A stretch of 64,000 nucleotides of DNA. It comes from Haliotis cracherodii (Eukaryota). The notes below the pieces were generated by a model. That model did no database searches. It had not been told where the DNA came from and worked only from the letters and a program-made list of their open reading frames with translations. Of this stretch, positions 62,490 to 64,000 are shown one piece after another. Positions within the stretch are counted from its first letter, which is position 1. Each line of letters starts with the position of its first letter. The DNA lies in assembly GCF_022045235.1 (NCBI RefSeq), contig NW_027266266.1, positions 5,890,001 through 5,954,000 of the forward strand, given 5' to 3'. A program made the translations under genes and the position numbers.

Positions 62490-64000
62490 CTTGAATAGCT
62501 GGAACTAAGAATCAAAACTTTTCTTTAGAGAATAATTTAAGATTAACGCCGAGGCATGTCAGGGCAGTGCGGGAGAACGGCTAAAAATAATGAAGTCTCA
62601 TACGGTTACCACTTTGGTGGCGCCCATGATGACGGACATGGTGATGTGAACACTTACTAGTGCATGCAAATCATTTTATAGCATCGAATACATTTCCATC
62701 TACCCAAATTAAAGAAGTGTTCTCAGGAACGATATGGTATAAATTTTCCTTCTACCATTTCATTCTGTCCAACTAGTACTGTGGCATACAGGATACCTCG
62801 CTAACTCTAATACTTCGATCTATTGCTTAATATATTGCAACTTGGTGCTACAACCCTGATCGACTATATGGTCTAATATCAGTGTATACCTTTCAATGTT
62901 CCGAGATTGATGCGGGTGCGAATATTGTAAATATTAATTACAAATACGTGAAAATGGGCAACATAAACCAGTATGGTAAGAATAATCGTGCCATGTAATT
63001 TGATGTTAATAATATAATCGCTGCTCACAACCAAATTACTTGTGTTTCAATAATTCTTGACGAGATATGTTATAAAGCACAGCGGTGTCAAAAAGGTATG
63101 AACATACAAAAATATTCTCCAGACGAAGAACAGTTCCCAGCTAATATGTTACCTATATGTTCTCACGCTTTTGCCGTATATAGAATAACTCATCGATATA
63201 CCTGGTATTACCTACCTAAGTGTTATATATTCTGTCAGTGCGTCACCTTAACGTGATCTGAGTCGTCAACTTCATAGGATGTGTCATACATGTAACATTG
63301 CCGGCCGTATTACTGTATCACGACATTGATATTGGGACCACGAGTTCGGTGCCCTTTTCTTGGTATATTTAGTAACGCGGTAAAAACATTAATACAAATT
63401 ACAACAGGATATATGACATGTACAACTTCGTGATCGAGACAAAGAAAAAACTTTTTTCTTCAAATATCACGTCTTCTGCACTCGGTCTGTCTAGACTTGC
63501 TAATTACGAAGTAACATGATCGGAGTGACATGGGTTATTTGCTTCTGTAAAACCACGGACCAGGTCGCAGTGAAATCGTTGAGTTATCAACTTCCCCAAT
63601 GACGATTCCTGCATTGGCCATTTGCCGTATGTTACCGAGGTCCTGACTGACCGGGTTTCACTTTCCCACACGCCTATACATGCAGCATCCACATCATTAG
63701 ACATACATTGTCAATGCAAGAGTATAACCAGCCTAGATTTTCTGCCGAAACAGATTCCACTTGTCGTAAAGGTCCAATGGCGGTGGAACGTTTATGAATG
63801 AACCACTGAAAATCAGTGATGACACCAGATGTTCGCGAAAAGGGTAAGCATGTCCTGCCCTACCGGCAGCACCCGCCATTCATACAATTTGCATGAATAA
63901 GTAAGTATTTATTGCCTGACGCAGCACGGCAGTACTCCTGCCACGCGATGGCGGACTGTAAACAAACCAGACAATCAAGTGATCGAGGAACCAGAAATTC

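Noticed and set aside
61558-62508. Plus-strand ORFs over the TRIM exon
   Set aside because: Antisense shadows of a GC-richer coding exon.

Overview
AT-rich, repeat-dense animal genomic DNA with GT-AG introns, SINEs, LINEs, Penelope-like elements and Tc1 transposons. The repeat content suggests a mollusc, possibly a gastropod such as abalone; this is an inference. The main content is a minus-strand tandem cluster of gustatory-receptor-like (GRL / 7TM ion channel) genes. Three copies assemble into intact 4-exon genes of 391, 393 and 393 aa, each with three C-terminal phase-0 introns and the [T/A]YhhhhhQF motif. At least three further copies are pseudogenes or fragments. The window also holds a 3-coding-exon RING/B-box/coiled-coil (TRIM-like) gene with a divergent SPRY-like C-terminus (645 aa). 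A truncated Cys-loop (nAChR-like) receptor fragment carries a 109-bp AGGT-bounded tandem duplication that could be spliced out as a newborn intron. Other elements are a 54-bp minisatellite that arose inside one GRL intron, minimal hammerhead-like motifs at Penelope termini, and several SINE families sharing a 3' tail with a local I/Nimb-type LINE. One of those SINE families has a non-tRNA, pseudoknot-forming head. All exon models were assembled by eye and no database search was run.
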